A stretch of DNA of 64,000 nucleotides, taken from positions 2,130,043-2,194,042 of the forward strand of contig NW_003314277.1 of assembly GCF_000143415.4 (NCBI RefSeq), given 5' to 3'. The stretch comes from Selaginella moellendorffii. Its lineage: Eukaryota; Plantae; Lycopodiophyta. Numbering within the stretch: the first letter of the stretch is position 1; each line of letters opens with the position of its first letter. The notes under the pieces are model-generated. The model was not told where the DNA came from, did no database searches, and saw only the letters and a program-made list of their open reading frames with translations. Below are positions 38,501 through 52,600 of this stretch, in pieces. Both the position numbers and the translations under genes were made by a program.

Positions 38501-41500
38501 CAGTTTTTAGATAACACTTCATCAAGGAGTGATTCACCACGTCCAAGACTCAATGAAATCTAACACTACGAACTAAATGCAACCAATTGTTATTGACAAA
38601 GATAGAGTTAACATGCCAACATGGAAAACCCATGCAAGCCACAACATGATCCTCTGCAACACCATCTGGTAAAGCAAGTCCATCACTGCTAAATTATTAT
38701 CAAGTGAAGCAAGTGTCACAGTCTTCGACAAAATCTACAAGCAAGCAACAATCACTTTTCAATTTGCCTTTCACAAGACCCAAACACTAAACTTACGTCA
38801 TTGAGTCATACACTTGTCCAATATGAACATAATACCGTAGATACAAGATAAAGGTTCATGGACAAACACAAACTAAATGACCACTCGAATCTAACTCAAC
38901 TGCAATAAGCTCACCAACATGTTTAGTCAATAGTTCTGAGCATGCTTTGAAGAGGCTAGCTATGCATAACTAACATTTAGTCGAAACTAAAGTGAAGACC
39001 ATGAGATAGACTCATATCGATACACAACCTCCATTTAGACAAAGCTATAGTATGGGTACTAACATCTTAACCCCAAACAACTAAGTTGGACATCACCATC
39101 TTCAACCAAGGCATAGGGCCACCAAGACCAAGTTTAGATCAGTGAGAGTTCACTACTCTCATAGAGTCTAATGAAATGCAAAGTGCAACTTAACACCAAG
39201 CAGAACATTATAAAAGAAAAGCACAAGGGTCACCCTTCTTAGAAAAGCGCAATAGCCACTTTTCTACACCAACTCTAGACTCTATCCAACTCAATTGCTT
39301 TAGCCCCAAAAGTCAGCATCCTTTTCGGGTCGCATCATACAAATTACATACTAAGGTTTAAGTTAACCAAAATCAACTCCAACCCCTTCATTAGTTTGTA
39401 CTGGCTTATGAAAACAGAATGGTTTTTAGACAAAATGATCAATAGATCAACCATTGGATAAGTCTAAGAAAATTTGTGGAAAAATTTCCCATCCTAGAGA
39501 AAGAATGACTCTCAGTCTAGGAATACAAACTTTCAAGACTTAACCAACTCCTACCTACTACATCATATAGGTTCGCCTCAACACAAATTCTCATGATCCA
39601 ACAATATGCTTAAGCATCGAACATCTTTGCCCATATAACCAACATCCATAACCGACATCTGCAAAATGCAAAGTGAACATCCAAGGCTTGATCACGAAGA
39701 CTATATTTCGGATATCCACATTGTACTAACACTTTTTTTCAACCACCTTCAAGATCCAATGTGAAGCCAAAACACTAACAAGAAAAATGACATGGAAAAT
39801 CAAGCTCTAAGGAAAATTCCTCCATCACTCAAAATATCAATGCCACTTCCACTAACACAAGTGCTAGTGATGTCAATGTTTCAACTACACACCTTCTCCA
39901 TTCAACAATCTACTCCAAATGTTAACAAATCAACCAGCAAATCATAGCAAGTGAATGCTATAACTCTTTCCAACACTTTAATGGGAACTCCCCAGGAAAT
40001 AAGGTACCAACTTAAGCTTAGCATAATGGACCACCATTGAGAATTCAGTTAAAGCTACTACAATGCTACTATATATAAGTAGATTAGCTTCACCATCAAC
40101 CACTTTGGGGTTGATCATCATTGAACCAAACAACTTCGTAAACATATTACTCATTATCACATGGATATGATATAAAAATTACAATGACTTGATCATCAAT
40201 CGAGCAACACCACAAACAACACCCATGTCACTACTTCAAAAATTTATTTAACTATCAAATGCTAATTTGATTCGACAAAATACAACATAAATGCCACACC
40301 CCACCGATAGAGATTTACAACACTTAACACCACTAACTTTTGTTCACAACACAGATAAGTTCATGCCACTCTCTTTCTAACCAAACTCAAAACTAATCCA
40401 ACACTGAGCTACTCAAGGAGGAATAACAAGGTTCCCTAGAAAAGAAGTGAGCATTGTAACCTAAGTTTTCAATAGCAAGCCTAGACAAAATGGTATAGCA
40501 CTTCACCACTATCCATTCCATGACTCACCACTTATAAAACCATTATTTCCAACATGCATCAAGATAGGGACTCTTGATTGCATAATGTGAACACGAGCAA
40601 TGAGTTACACCTCATTGTGAATCATCTCTTCAAAAAGAGAAAATAATTTACATGTTTGATCCTTTGTCCCTGGTAACTCTCTTTTTGGTCTCATCTTTGA
40701 CCAAACCTCAAGCTTACGTTCGCATTGCCTTCAATCCAACCCAAAAAAAGTTTATGAGAGAGCACAGCAATAATTACTTGAACTAATAGACTTATCCCTA
40801 TAATCTTGATTGATCCACTTATAATCATGTCTAGGAAGGATCCACTAGTGCCGTGCTAAACAGCTACGGACCAGCCTATTTGCCACTCATAACAAACCCA
40901 GGGAAGGTTTACTTTCACCCATGGTACTTGGAACAACTTATGGAACCACCAATAAACTAACATTAATCTTGCCAACTCAAAGTGTAACCTTGAGTTGCTA
41001 ATGTGCCTCACTCATAAGCCCAAGTGCAAACTCGTGTAAAACGGAACATCTCAAATCCATCCTATGAGCTCAAGAGCAAACTCACATTATTATGGTACAA
41101 AAAGGTAACTAAATCCATACCCAAGGAACGATTGCAAAACCTTTGCACCCAAATATATACCCACTCGAATCATTGTTTTCATTTCTATATATACAACGAG
41201 ACCAGTTGCCAAATCTCATTGGATAATACTCGCTGAAACGTATCTTCTAATACCAAATGTAGCGCACGTGGTTTTTACCTTTTATCCTATGGTGATTTAC
41301 CATAGGATAACATCACGAAGCAGAACCTAAACCCTCCATGTGCCACTTGTTATATGCCATGTGTCACATGCCATGTGTCCATAGGACAGTGGTGTGGAAT
41401 TTGAGGTTCAGGGCCTTGGGCCATTGAACAAAGGAACGGTGCCAAACTCCCAATCATAAAGCCAAGGAGCAATAGAACCGAACCACAAAGCAACTCCCAA

Positions 41501-41812
41501 ACGTATAGCCCAAGGAGCGAAGGGATAGGAGCACAGAACGACTTGGAACAGTCCTAGAGCATCCAACATCCCAATGCCAGGACCAACACACAAAACGGAG
41601 CCAAACGGAGTCTGGCGCTATTTCGGCATACCGGTGGCCTAATGTGAGGATATGGGTACTCCACCAACTAACATGGTGTGGAACTTGGGCTTAGACTCAA
41701 GTCGGACGAAGAACAAGGACAGACATGCAAGCGAGAGTTAGACTATACCTCAGCTTGGTCAGCCATGCCTGACCTACCCACTATCCTTACTATACATTTG
41801 AAACCCCCTACA
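35587..41812 (-). mobile_element. Non-autonomous (LARD-like) LTR element, family D, with short 5' LTR and extended 3' LTR
   Basis: 5' LTR 41258-41812 (TG..CA) with PBS TGGTATTAGAAG. 3' copy of the core at 35587 to about 36140 plus a module to 36722, then PPT AAGGGGGGAGAG (36723-36734). 4.5-kb interior without long ORFs. No TSD found. Confidence 0.8.
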
Positions 41813-43124
41813 CTGTAAAAGTTAATATTTTCTCTTGGCCTTCTTTTTCTTGGATGTGTTCTTTACGGAGTTTGAGAATGCATTGTTACTGTTATGTCTT
41901 TTATGATAACGATCTTGGTGGTTTCTATATTATATCATAATTTATTGGATGATTAGTTTTTAATTAAAATACTTTACTGTTCGAGTCTAAAAATTATTAA
42001 TTAAATCTTTAAGATATCATTATATTCTAACTTTGATATTATCCATTATATTGATCTTGAACATTTGTGCCAATATAGAAAAGCTAGATTCTACACTTCA
42101 TGTTCATAAAAATATCTCTAATCATGGGACATAAACTACTCACATACTCTCACTGAGGTCAAGAGGTGAACTAGAGAATAGAGAAGAATCAAACACTGCT
42201 TACTAGCCAGAGAGAAACCTCAATTGAGGAGGAAACCCTAGTGCTGGGAAACTTTGCCACTATTTCCCTTGCAAGGGCAGAGGCAAATTAAGGTTAAAAG
42301 CTTCATAGCTACATGGTATAGTAAAATTTTTCTCTCTTCTAAGGTCTCCCATTAAACAACATGCTGTTTCACTTTGTCTTTACTTACATGTCTAGTGATT
42401 TGAATTTTGTTTTTTCTGCCACAACGACCTCTCCCATCTGTTGCCAATGCACCCTCTGCTTGCCCACCCACCCGCCTGCCTCCCTATGTACCTCACCTGC
42501 CCATAGGGTGTGCCCTATTTGTTTTCCACATGCTAAATTTTTTTCCACGTGGCAAGTGGCCACACTTAGCTAAATTTTATGATGCTAATTGATAAAAAAG
42601 CTCACAGTTTTTCTATGATAAAAAAATCAATTAAACTTTATATTAATTTAAGAAAATCATTCAGGATCCACTCTGGCTTGATGACATGCAAGAACTCCAT
42701 TAAAAAGGGACTTTTTTTTGTGTAAATGATTTAGATTAAAATTTTTCTAAATCAAATGAAACTATAGCTGCTATTGTGTATATATTACACAAGGATGTAA
42801 ATATGGTGAGAGGGGATTTTTGACATTTTTCTAACAAAAATAATGATTATAGAGATTTGAAAAAACCTAAAAACACAAAAAAAAAATTTATTATATTGAT
42901 AACAAAATATAATTACACATAGGTATTGGTATAAATATAGAAAACAAGATGCTTATAAAACTTCCACCACACTTGTTGAGTCTACACCAAAGTCATGACT
43001 TGAAAATAAACCAAGTCAAAGTTCCAACAAGTGGGGCTACCTTTGCAAGTATTTAGTCAAACAATTTTACAAATGGTTTGATTATGTGTAGATTATATAT
43101 TCTCATAGAAAGTAAATTCCTTGT

Positions 43125-46100
43125 TGTTGCAAATGTGATTACGGGTATCAAAATTTACCTATCAATGAGTCCTTTCAAATATTATTTCCTTCCTATCACA
43201 ACAGCAAAAGGTTGGTATTACTGAACCCTTTATCAATCTCTGCCAAAGCTAGTCAAGAAACTGGTCATCACATGTGCACTTAGACCAAAAGGGCACTAAA
43301 GAAAGAAATCCTAAGTTGTCATTAATTAAGCATACTTCGCACAATGATGAGAAACTCATATTGTTAGCTTGCACTTACTAGTGTTAGGAACCTTTGCAAT
43401 ATTGAGCTTGGTCCTTTAATACTTACTAGATGATAGATTACCATATGCACCAAGACACTCTCGCTATTATGCCCTATGTGTTGGTCCTATTCAGTCCTAA
43501 TGAATATTTATGGAAAGTGTCTAGATCTACTAATTAGGCATATTTACAAAATGTAGAGATTGTCTTGATCATAATGGTGTTGGTCTTATGTCCAAATTCA
43601 CAATCTAGTGCCATTTTATATTTAATAAATTTTTATGATTGTCCCAGAGATTAACTTCTAGGACTGGGGTGAAAACCCAAGTATACGTTCCTCAAGAGGG
43701 GAGGGGGAGGGGGGTTGTGGGGGGTTCCAAATATATAGTAGGCATAGTGGGTAAGTCAAGTATGGTTGACCAACTTAAGGCATAGTCTAAATCTTGCTTG
43801 TGTGATTATCCTTGTTCTACATTTAACTTGGGTCTAAGCCCAAGTTCCATACCATGCTAATTGGTAAAGTAACCATATCCTTATGTTAAGCCACTAGTAT
43901 GTTAAAATAACACCAAACTTTTTTTGCCCCATTTTACATACTAGTATTAACATTGAGATATTAAATGCCCTAGGACTATTCTAAGTCGCTCCATACTCCT
44001 ATCTATTCATTCCTTGGGTTGTATGCTCAAGAGTCATTCTACACTTCACTTCCTTCACTTCTAAACTCTATACTCAAGAGTTTAGCTCCCTTCATTTAGT
44101 GACCCAAGCTCTGAAACTTGGGTTCCACTCCACTGCCTTGGACACGAGTGGCATGTGGTAGGCATGTGAAGAGTTAGGTTCCACTCTGCTGCCCTTGGGC
44201 ACATGGTCAAGGGTTTAAGTTTTGCTCTGTGGCTATTCTATTGTAAATCACTATAAAATAAAGTGTGAAAACCACATATGCTATATTTAGTATTAGAAGA
44301 TAAGTCTCAACGAGTGCTATCTATTGAGATTGGGAAACTAATCTTATTGCATATGCAAAGATGAAAACGATGATTCAAATGGGTTCATAATTGGGTGCTA
44401 TGACTTTGCATTTGTTCCTTAAATATGGACTCTGGTTACCTTTTTGTACTATATTGTGTGAGCTTGCACTTGGGCTCATAAGATGGATTGATATATACCA
44501 TTTACATGAGTTTGCACTTAGGCTCGTGAATGAGATGCATTAGCAACTTAAGATTACACTTTGAGTTAGCAAAATGTCAACCTATCAATGGTTACCATGA
44601 GTTGTTCCATGTTACTATGGGTAAAGTAAACCTTCATGAGTGGCAAATAGGCTAGTTTATAACTGTTTAGCATAGCACTAATGTATCTAACCTAGGCATG
44701 GTTATAAGTGGATCAATCAAAGCTATGGGGATTAGTCTATTGGTTCAAGTAATCATTGTTGTGCTCTCTCATAAACTTTTCTTGGATTAGACTAAAAAAA
44801 ATGTGAATACAAGCTTAAAGTTTAGTCAAAATGAGACAGAAAAAAAGTTATCTAGGATGAAGGGTCAAATATATATATCATCTTCTCTTCTTTAAGAGGT
44901 GATTTAGCAATAAAGTGTGATCTCATTGCTCATGTTCACATTATTGAATCAAAAATCTCTATTTTGATTTATGTTAGTTATAATGGTCTTACAAGTAATG
45001 AATCATGAGATGGATGGCAGTGAAGTGCTAAACCATTTTTTCTAAGCTTATTATTGAAGAATTAGGTTACAATGCTTAATTTTTTTCTGAGGAACTTTGT
45101 TATTGCTCCTTGAGTAACTTAGTGTTGGATTATTTTTAAGTTTAGTCGAATAGAAAGTGGCATGAGCTTGTCTGTGTTGTGAACAAAAGTTAGTGGTGTT
45201 AGGTGTTATAAATTTATTAGTGGGATGTGGTATTATGTTGCATTTTGTCGAATAGAGCTAACACTTGATATTCATAAATCTTTGTAATAGTGACATAGGT
45301 GTTGCTTATCATGTTACTCAATTGATGATCAAGTCATTGTAATATTTATATTATATCCATATAGTCGTGAGTAATGTATTTATGAAGTTACTTGGTCAAA
45401 TAATAATCAACCCCAAAGTGGTTGATGGAGAAGTTAGTTTACTTGCAAGTAGTAGTATTGAAGTAACTTTAATTTAGTTCTCAATAGTAATCTATGTTAT
45501 GCTAAGCTTATGTTGATACCTTGGTTCCTTAAGAGTTGTTTATTGAGTTTTGAGAAGATTATAGCATTTATTTGTTATAACTTGTTAGTGAATTTATTAG
45601 CACTTGGAGTAGATTATTGGATGGAGAAAGTATGTAGTTAAGATATTGGCATTGCTAACACTTGTGTTGATAAAAGTGATATTATTATATCGAGTGATGA
45701 GAAGTTGTCCTTGAAGCTTGATTTTCATCTCATTTTTCTTGTTAATGTTTTGGCTTCACATTTGATCTTGAAGGTGATTGAAAAAAAGTATTAATGCAAT
45801 GTGAATATTTGAAGATGTGGTCTTTGCAATCAAGTTTTTGGGTATTCATTAGTATTTATATAACTGCGTGTCAAAGATTACTAACCTTCAGAATATACAA
45901 AAAATGTTCTTGGATATCATAAATATGGGCATGATATTTAGTGCTTAAGCATGTTGTTGGGTCATAAGACCTTATCTTGAAGTAAATTTATGTGAAGCTG
46001 TAAGTAGGAGGAAGTTGGTTAAGTCTTGAGAATTTGCATTTCTAGACTGAGAGTCAGTCTTTTTCTAGGATGAAAAGTTTTCACAAATGTTTTTAGGCTT

Positions 46101-47905
46101 TTCCAATGGCTAATTTGTTGATCATTTTTCCTAAAAATTATTCCATTTTCGTCCGCCAGTATATAAGCAACTAAAGAGAACGACTTAAGAGACTATTCAT
46201 GGAGTTATATTAATATCAGAGCGGTTCACGCGTCCGACTTTATTGGTTATCTAAGGGAATCACACTACATATTAATTGACATCTAGTAAGTCCAATTTAC
46301 TCTAGCTAGGCTTAATCCAAGGGGTAGAATGTCAAAAGAGCGGGGCTCTTAGAAGAGTTGCAGCTCTTAACTTCCATTTATGAGGGCGTGAACTTGCAAG
46401 GTAGCGTGATGGATTGTAAACAAAAAAAAATAAAACAACTTGAGAGACAATTCATGGGATTACACCATACAAACTAGTTAAGGGGTTGGAGTTGACTTTG
46501 GTTAACTCAAACTTTAATAAGTAGTTTGTATGATATGGCCCAAAAGGGATGTTATTTTTTGGGGCTAAAGCAATTGAATTGAAAAAAGTCTAGAGTTGGT
46601 GTAGAAAAGTGGTCATTGCACTTTTCTGAAAAAGTGACCCTTGTACCTTTTTTTTATACATTATACTTAGTGGCAAATTGCATCTTACATTTCATTAAAC
46701 TCTATTAAAATAGTGATCTTTTATTGATTTTGACTTAATCTTAGTAACTCTATGCCTTAATTGAGGATAGTGATGTCCAACTTAATTGTTTGTGATTAAG
46801 ATATTAGTACCTATACTATAGCTTTATCCATTAGGAGGTTGTGTATCATATGAGTCCATCTTATAATCTTCACTTTGGTTTTTGTTAGGTGTTGATCATC
46901 TATAACTAACCTATTTAGTTATGCTTAGAGTTATTAACTAAACATGTTAGTGAGATTATTGCACTAGGATTGGATTCAGGTAGTCATTTATTCTTACTTG
47001 TCCATATTCCTATATAGTGTACCTTAAATGTTACCTTTTCTATTGGACAAATATATGACATAATGATGTGAGTGTAGCATTTGGGTCTCATGAAGGCAAG
47101 TTGAAGAGTGATTAGTTTCTTTGTAACTAATGATTACTTATAAACTTCGTTAAGGATTATTGACACTTGCTTCACTCAATAATGATTTAGCAGTGATGAG
47201 TTCACTTTACCAGATGGTGATTGTGTTTTTGGGCTTTCATGGTTTTTCCATGTAACATTTTAAACTTCAGTAATGTTAATATCAAGGCATCATCAATTCA
47301 ATGCTATCAACACTATAACAAAACTATAAAAAAGCAAAAGTGAATCATCACTCAAAACTTTTTAGCATCTAAGCTAGCCAAGGTTGAAGATACTTTTTTT
47401 TTTAGTATCAAGACCAATCTTTCAAGAATACTCAGTTATATATAACACCTTATCTAAGGACACGTCCAAGATTCAATGAAATCCAATACTATGGAATAAA
47501 CGCAACTAGATAATATTGACTGAGATAAAACTAAAATTAAATAAGATGAGATGTCATTTTGTTTCTCAATGAAGATGATGTTGATAGTTTAGCCATACCT
47601 TTATGTCATTAGCATTCATGCATTTGTTATGTAATAATTATATTCGCATTCAAACAAGTTGAGTGGCAAGTTAAGTTAGTTGTGTTCGAGATATGATTAT
47701 TTAATAAGGGTTGAGCTGCTTTGCAAGAGAAAGAATTAGTGATCAATATTAAAGTTATTAATTCTTTATTGGATTTAATTGAGGATTATATCAATTATTG
47801 ATCTTTTTATGCTTGTTATGAAGTGAGTTATTTCTTGTTGTGGAAGATGGATTCATTGAGGATTATTTGATGATCACTTATTGAGCATAGCTTCATTATA
47901 CTTAG
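43125..47905 (+). mobile_element. Second, truncated family D element with a long 5' LTR (43125-44285)
   Basis: Reverse-complement homolog of 36722-35587, then PBS TAGTATTAGAAG and an interior matching 41257 down to about 37900. Confidence 0.8.
46162..46464 (+). mobile_element. Candidate mini-TRIM (~303 bp, 48/50-bp LTRs)
   Basis: Absent from the paralogous interior near 39400. Diverged direct repeats 46162-46209 and 46415-46464 (TGTAAAC...ATTACA); PBS-like TAATATCAGAGC right after the left repeat. Confidence 0.6.
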
Positions 47906-49249
47906 AACAAACAAATAGCTTGTCTAGTATATTTTCTAGCTCCCTTTTCATCTTTTTTACTTATGGATTGGGCAGCAATGCTAATCCCCTAGTAGAGCTC
48001 AACTCCTAACACTCTCTACATACCAATAAATCTACCAGTAAATTGAAACTTTAGTCACATTTTTTCATGAAATCCTTATGTCAATAATGCCAAAGCTGCT
48101 ATTGATGTGCCCCTGCTTGAAATGCAAGGGCAGAGAGGTTCCCTAGAGCACCTTTTACCACCATTAGAATCCCTCTGGAAAGGGAAGCTGGATGTGTCAA
48201 TAAAGAATGTTATTTATAAGTGTGCATTTTACCTAGTGGACTACTACTATCTATGCCTTTATGGTGTTAGGATTTTTATGCCATAATATAGCAACAATTG
48301 CATCAACTAGTGGGTCATCAAGCAATTTATATGTGTTAATGAGTGCATTGGAACAGACGGACTCATAGATGGATCCACTTCAAGAGGCTCCAAAGCAGCT
48401 GAATAGAAGTAAGGGAAATTGCACAATTGAAGACATGCTCTAGTCGAGGATTTTGGAACCCTAATGGATTTGAACTATACTTCTGAGAGCTTTAAGGATG
48501 ATATGCTCTAGTTGATTTTTGACTCTTCCAAGTGATAAAACATGGCATCACTCATTGCAAAACTAAAGGATTGGAATGCAAAGCTCAATGGATAAAAAAC
48601 TCCATCAACATAGAAGCAGTTCAAATCATTATATAAGAGGTTGGGCTTGCCAATGCTTCAACTTTATGCAGTATGCTACCACAAGATTGCCAAGAAAAAA
48701 AAAGGATAAACAAAAGGTACTTGTCATCTGAACCCCCCTTACCTTTTCCTGTTATCTAGATGAGCAAAGAAAGTTTATGTATATGATATCAACTCATTTG
48801 ATGTTTACATGATGTTTATTACAAGAGTTCAAACATGCCAAATTTGCTTGACAACTAGAAAAGAAAGTGTCACCTTTCTGTACCAAGCTGTGGCTCCTCA
48901 ACTCAAATTGCACACTTAGTCAAGTACAGTGTGCATTAATGATCTTTAGCATAAGGATGAAATTTTTGGCATGGTATGCCATGTGACCAGTTTCCAAAAT
49001 GAATAACTCAATATTGGCATGGGATGAAGTGGCGAGAATTTTAGGATTTCCTAGATTCTGCAAAGGAGTTTCTTCTACCAATTCATTGCTCAATATGCAA
49101 GTGTTATTACCAACTGTGGCATCAACCTGATCCAACAACCATGTTAACAGGGAACTTTGATATCTGGTGCAATTAGTTACAGATATTTCACACAATTTTT
49201 ATAATTATACAAGAAGGGGTGGCCAGTCCTTAGATGAGGTAGAGAGGAC

Positions 49250-49650
49250 TCAAGAAATGCTTCATGTTTGGCAAGTAAGGTGGAATATGAAACTCCAGAA
49301 CTCTAGATCCATCTTGGAAAAAAGAAAAAGAAATTAGTCAAAATGAAAATAAATATAAAACTACCTTGTTCCAACACAATATTCAATGGATGATTTAAGC
49401 ACTCAACTAGAGTTGCCTCTCATCATTCTTGATGTTGAAGACCATCTTTCTCCAAAACAAGGAAGGTTTTGGCTTGAGCAAAATTGTCTTCATCTGGTTA
49501 AGATAGCCAAAGAATCTCTCAAAACAGTAGCACCAAGTCACATCATGTGGCCTAATGCAAAGAATGTCATCAAGAAAGTGTCCATTTCTAACCATATGCT
49601 CAATTTATTATGGCTAAAAGTTGTGATGAAGAAAAATCACTTGGAATGGA
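49250..49650 (-). pseudogene. CACTA/En-Spm-like transposase relic
   Basis: HFLDDILCIRPHDVTWCYCFERFFGYL resembles the conserved GP...W(M/C)YxFER motif of Tnp2-family transposases. Confidence 0.5.
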
Positions 49651-52600
49651 GGTAAGGAATCCATTTGGTTGGACTTCCTGAGGAAAGGTATAGCTATAGG
49701 ATGCACAAGAAGTGTCTTATATGGAATTAGATGTGGTTTATAGGGAAAAACTGTAATGGTGGATAAAAATGTGCTAGAATTCTCTTTCATTTTAACTAAT
49801 GGAAGAGTTTTTCGACAAGGGGACAATGTTGTAATTTTAGCAACAAAAGGAGATTTAGGTTGATTCAAGCATGCATTTGTAGTATGAACAACAAAGGATG
49901 ATGCACATCAATCAAACCCTTTACAAAAGTGTACTTATAGTACTCCACCCACAAGAACAAGTCAACACTTCACACAATCATGCATCGAATGACTTCAGCT
50001 GAAATAATATGTAGTTTACTGAGCCCAGAAGGTCAAAGGAAACTGCTTGCTATTTTATAGCAATGAAAAGTGAGACAACTCTCAAGAATGCATTTTTGGC
50101 CAGAAGTTGGTGATATTGTCCAAATATCTTCTCCATAGTCAGGAGACAAGGTTTTGGTGCAAGATGGGTTGATGTAGTCAAGGTCAGTGAAAAGGAGTGC
50201 AATTACTTGGATGGTTCCTCAACTAGATAGACTATTTGAAAGAAAGAAGGAATAAAAAGCTCAACCTTGGAACTGTCTTCTTTGTGTAGTCCAAGTGACG
50301 ACTATAAAAAGTCGATACTAGACTATTTATAAGCTGTCAAAGTAAATTATTCCATTTGGCATGGCTGTAGCATTGTCTTGCCTTTGTAATCTAGACTACA
50401 CTATGGTCAGACTTCTACTTGGTGCACCGGCATCCAACAGCAGCTCATCAGCACTTGTGAATGCCAATCCTCAGCCTCTAACGCTTGGTGAAATGCAAAA
50501 AACATGAAACACAGATTGAATAAAATAAATTTTTGTTTTCCCTTACTGCAGACATCCACTTTCAGTATCATACTAGTCATGTTCGTTCCCCTTAGGCTAT
50601 GGTTTCCAAGGCAAGTGCAAAAAGAAGTGGACTGAAGAGAAGTAATGTGGTCGAAATCAATCACCCATGCGAGGTGAAAAGCCATCAATGTCCAAAGCCC
50701 TTGCAGGAAAGGGAGCCCGCCTAGGACTTCAAAATTTCTTTTATTTGGAGCAGGAAATAGGGCCAAATGGTGAAGTCAATGTCCACCAGCATGCTGAGGC
50801 CGAGCATCAGCAGGACAAGCTGCAACTGTTGCTACTGTGGGTTCCAACTAGTGATCAGGGCAAGCATGCAAAGGCTAAGAACCAGCAGAAGAAGCCACTG
50901 TTGTTATGGATTCCAGCTGGTGATCAGGGCAAGGACACAAGGGCTGAGCACCAGTAGCTGCTGGAGGTGACCAGGGCAATCACAAAGAGGCCAAGAACCA
51001 GCAGGAGCATCCCAAGGCTGAGGAGCTGCCCTTTTTACTATCTAGTGACAAGGCTGCTGTCCAGGTCAGTGAGTAGGGCAAGCACATTGATGCCAAACAT
51101 CAGCAAGGAAAGCACTATGACAAGCAGCAGCAGGAGCAAGTCGGCCAGTATCAGGAGGAGCAAGTCAAGCAACAGGATGCCGATTATAAGCTTGGAGTTC
51201 CTTATGGTGGAAAAGGAGGGGAAGCTCAGGCCTCCAAAACTCAAGCCGTAAGTTGTGAAGTAAGAGCACATGCCAAATGTTCTTCATATGTTTGTGAATT
51301 GATTCTTTGTGTGCAGCAGGAGGACCAGTTTGAACCTCAAAAAAGGTAAGCTCTTTTCTTGTGATTATAGAAACCATAAACATGTTTTTCGTTCTATAGT
51401 GCTCAATGAGGATGAAGAGGACTTAGCTGCATTTTGCTTGGGATTTATCCAAAGAAGTCAGAGGATATCGGATAAAAAAATCACCACTGAGATGTAGGAA
51501 GTAGATGGTAGAAGTTAAGGAGGCTTATGGCATCGGAAGGAAGCTGTTACATCTGCTAAAGTCATGGATTTGAATGATGAGGTGAAGTTTTCTAGTATGA
51601 TGACGAGTGATTATGTACCAGATTTAGCTATAGATCATGATACAGGATGTTTTTAGGAACAAAGGAAATCACAAGGTTGGTTGGCAAGCTTTGAAGGAAT
51701 GTGGCTATCATAATCAATAGTAGATTTAGTTAGAATCCACAAGCAGATAAAATAGGTAATAGATGATAGGATTGAGCTCTCCACTCTCCTGCAAGTTTGC
51801 TGTGCTAGTGGGATCTAGAGGCCTTCTAAATCTTGAGGTTCTTCATTTTTTTGAGTTGAATTTTAAAGCTCAACTAGTTTGTCCAAGCTTCTACACAAGC
51901 AAGGAATTTATTTGTGGACAAGCTGTGGTACTTAATAGAGATGGCTACATGTATCATGAGGGTCAGATGTGGTCTATTCTAGAAGTGTGTATCTTCCACT
52001 TGACTGGTTTGGGGAAGCAGCATCACATTCCAACTTCCATAAAGGTGATTGTTGACATAACAATTAAGGTAACTTAAAATTTCCATTGCTTTACACTTGA
52101 ACAGGAAACACTAAAATGGCCTGAATCTTACTATGTTAGCATAGACGAGGAGAAGGAGCCTTGAACACCTTTGCAATCTTAGCCACTAGTATAAAAGCAG
52201 TTAGCAAAGCCTGAATTGAAACGATCTACAGAGTTTGTGAAGGTAAATCGAGTCAATTGGTGTTATGTTTTACTTATAGCTGCTTACAAGAACCTGCAGA
52301 GGAAACTCTTTCATCCTACAAACTCTCAAGGCAAAAAAAAATTAAAGAGAACAAAAGTCACTTAGAATAGGTAGGAATGTTACCTGCAAAAGAATGCCTA
52401 TAGCAAGTAAGTAATTGCTCCTCTTGTTTAATGGTTTCACTTTTCTTATTTTTCCTTACTATTAACCATTTAGGAAGTAGCACAGTTCTCAAGACAAAGA
52501 AGACATCCACCTAAAAGGCAAGCACTAAGAGTTGTATTGCCGCATGAAGATAAGGAAGTTAGTATTGCTAGTTTCTCTCCAATCTAACATTCTTTAACAT

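Noticed and set aside
42361-42592. Small ORFs and a G-box (CCACGTGG) as a gene or promoter
   Set aside because: No recognisable protein; a single motif is not enough evidence.
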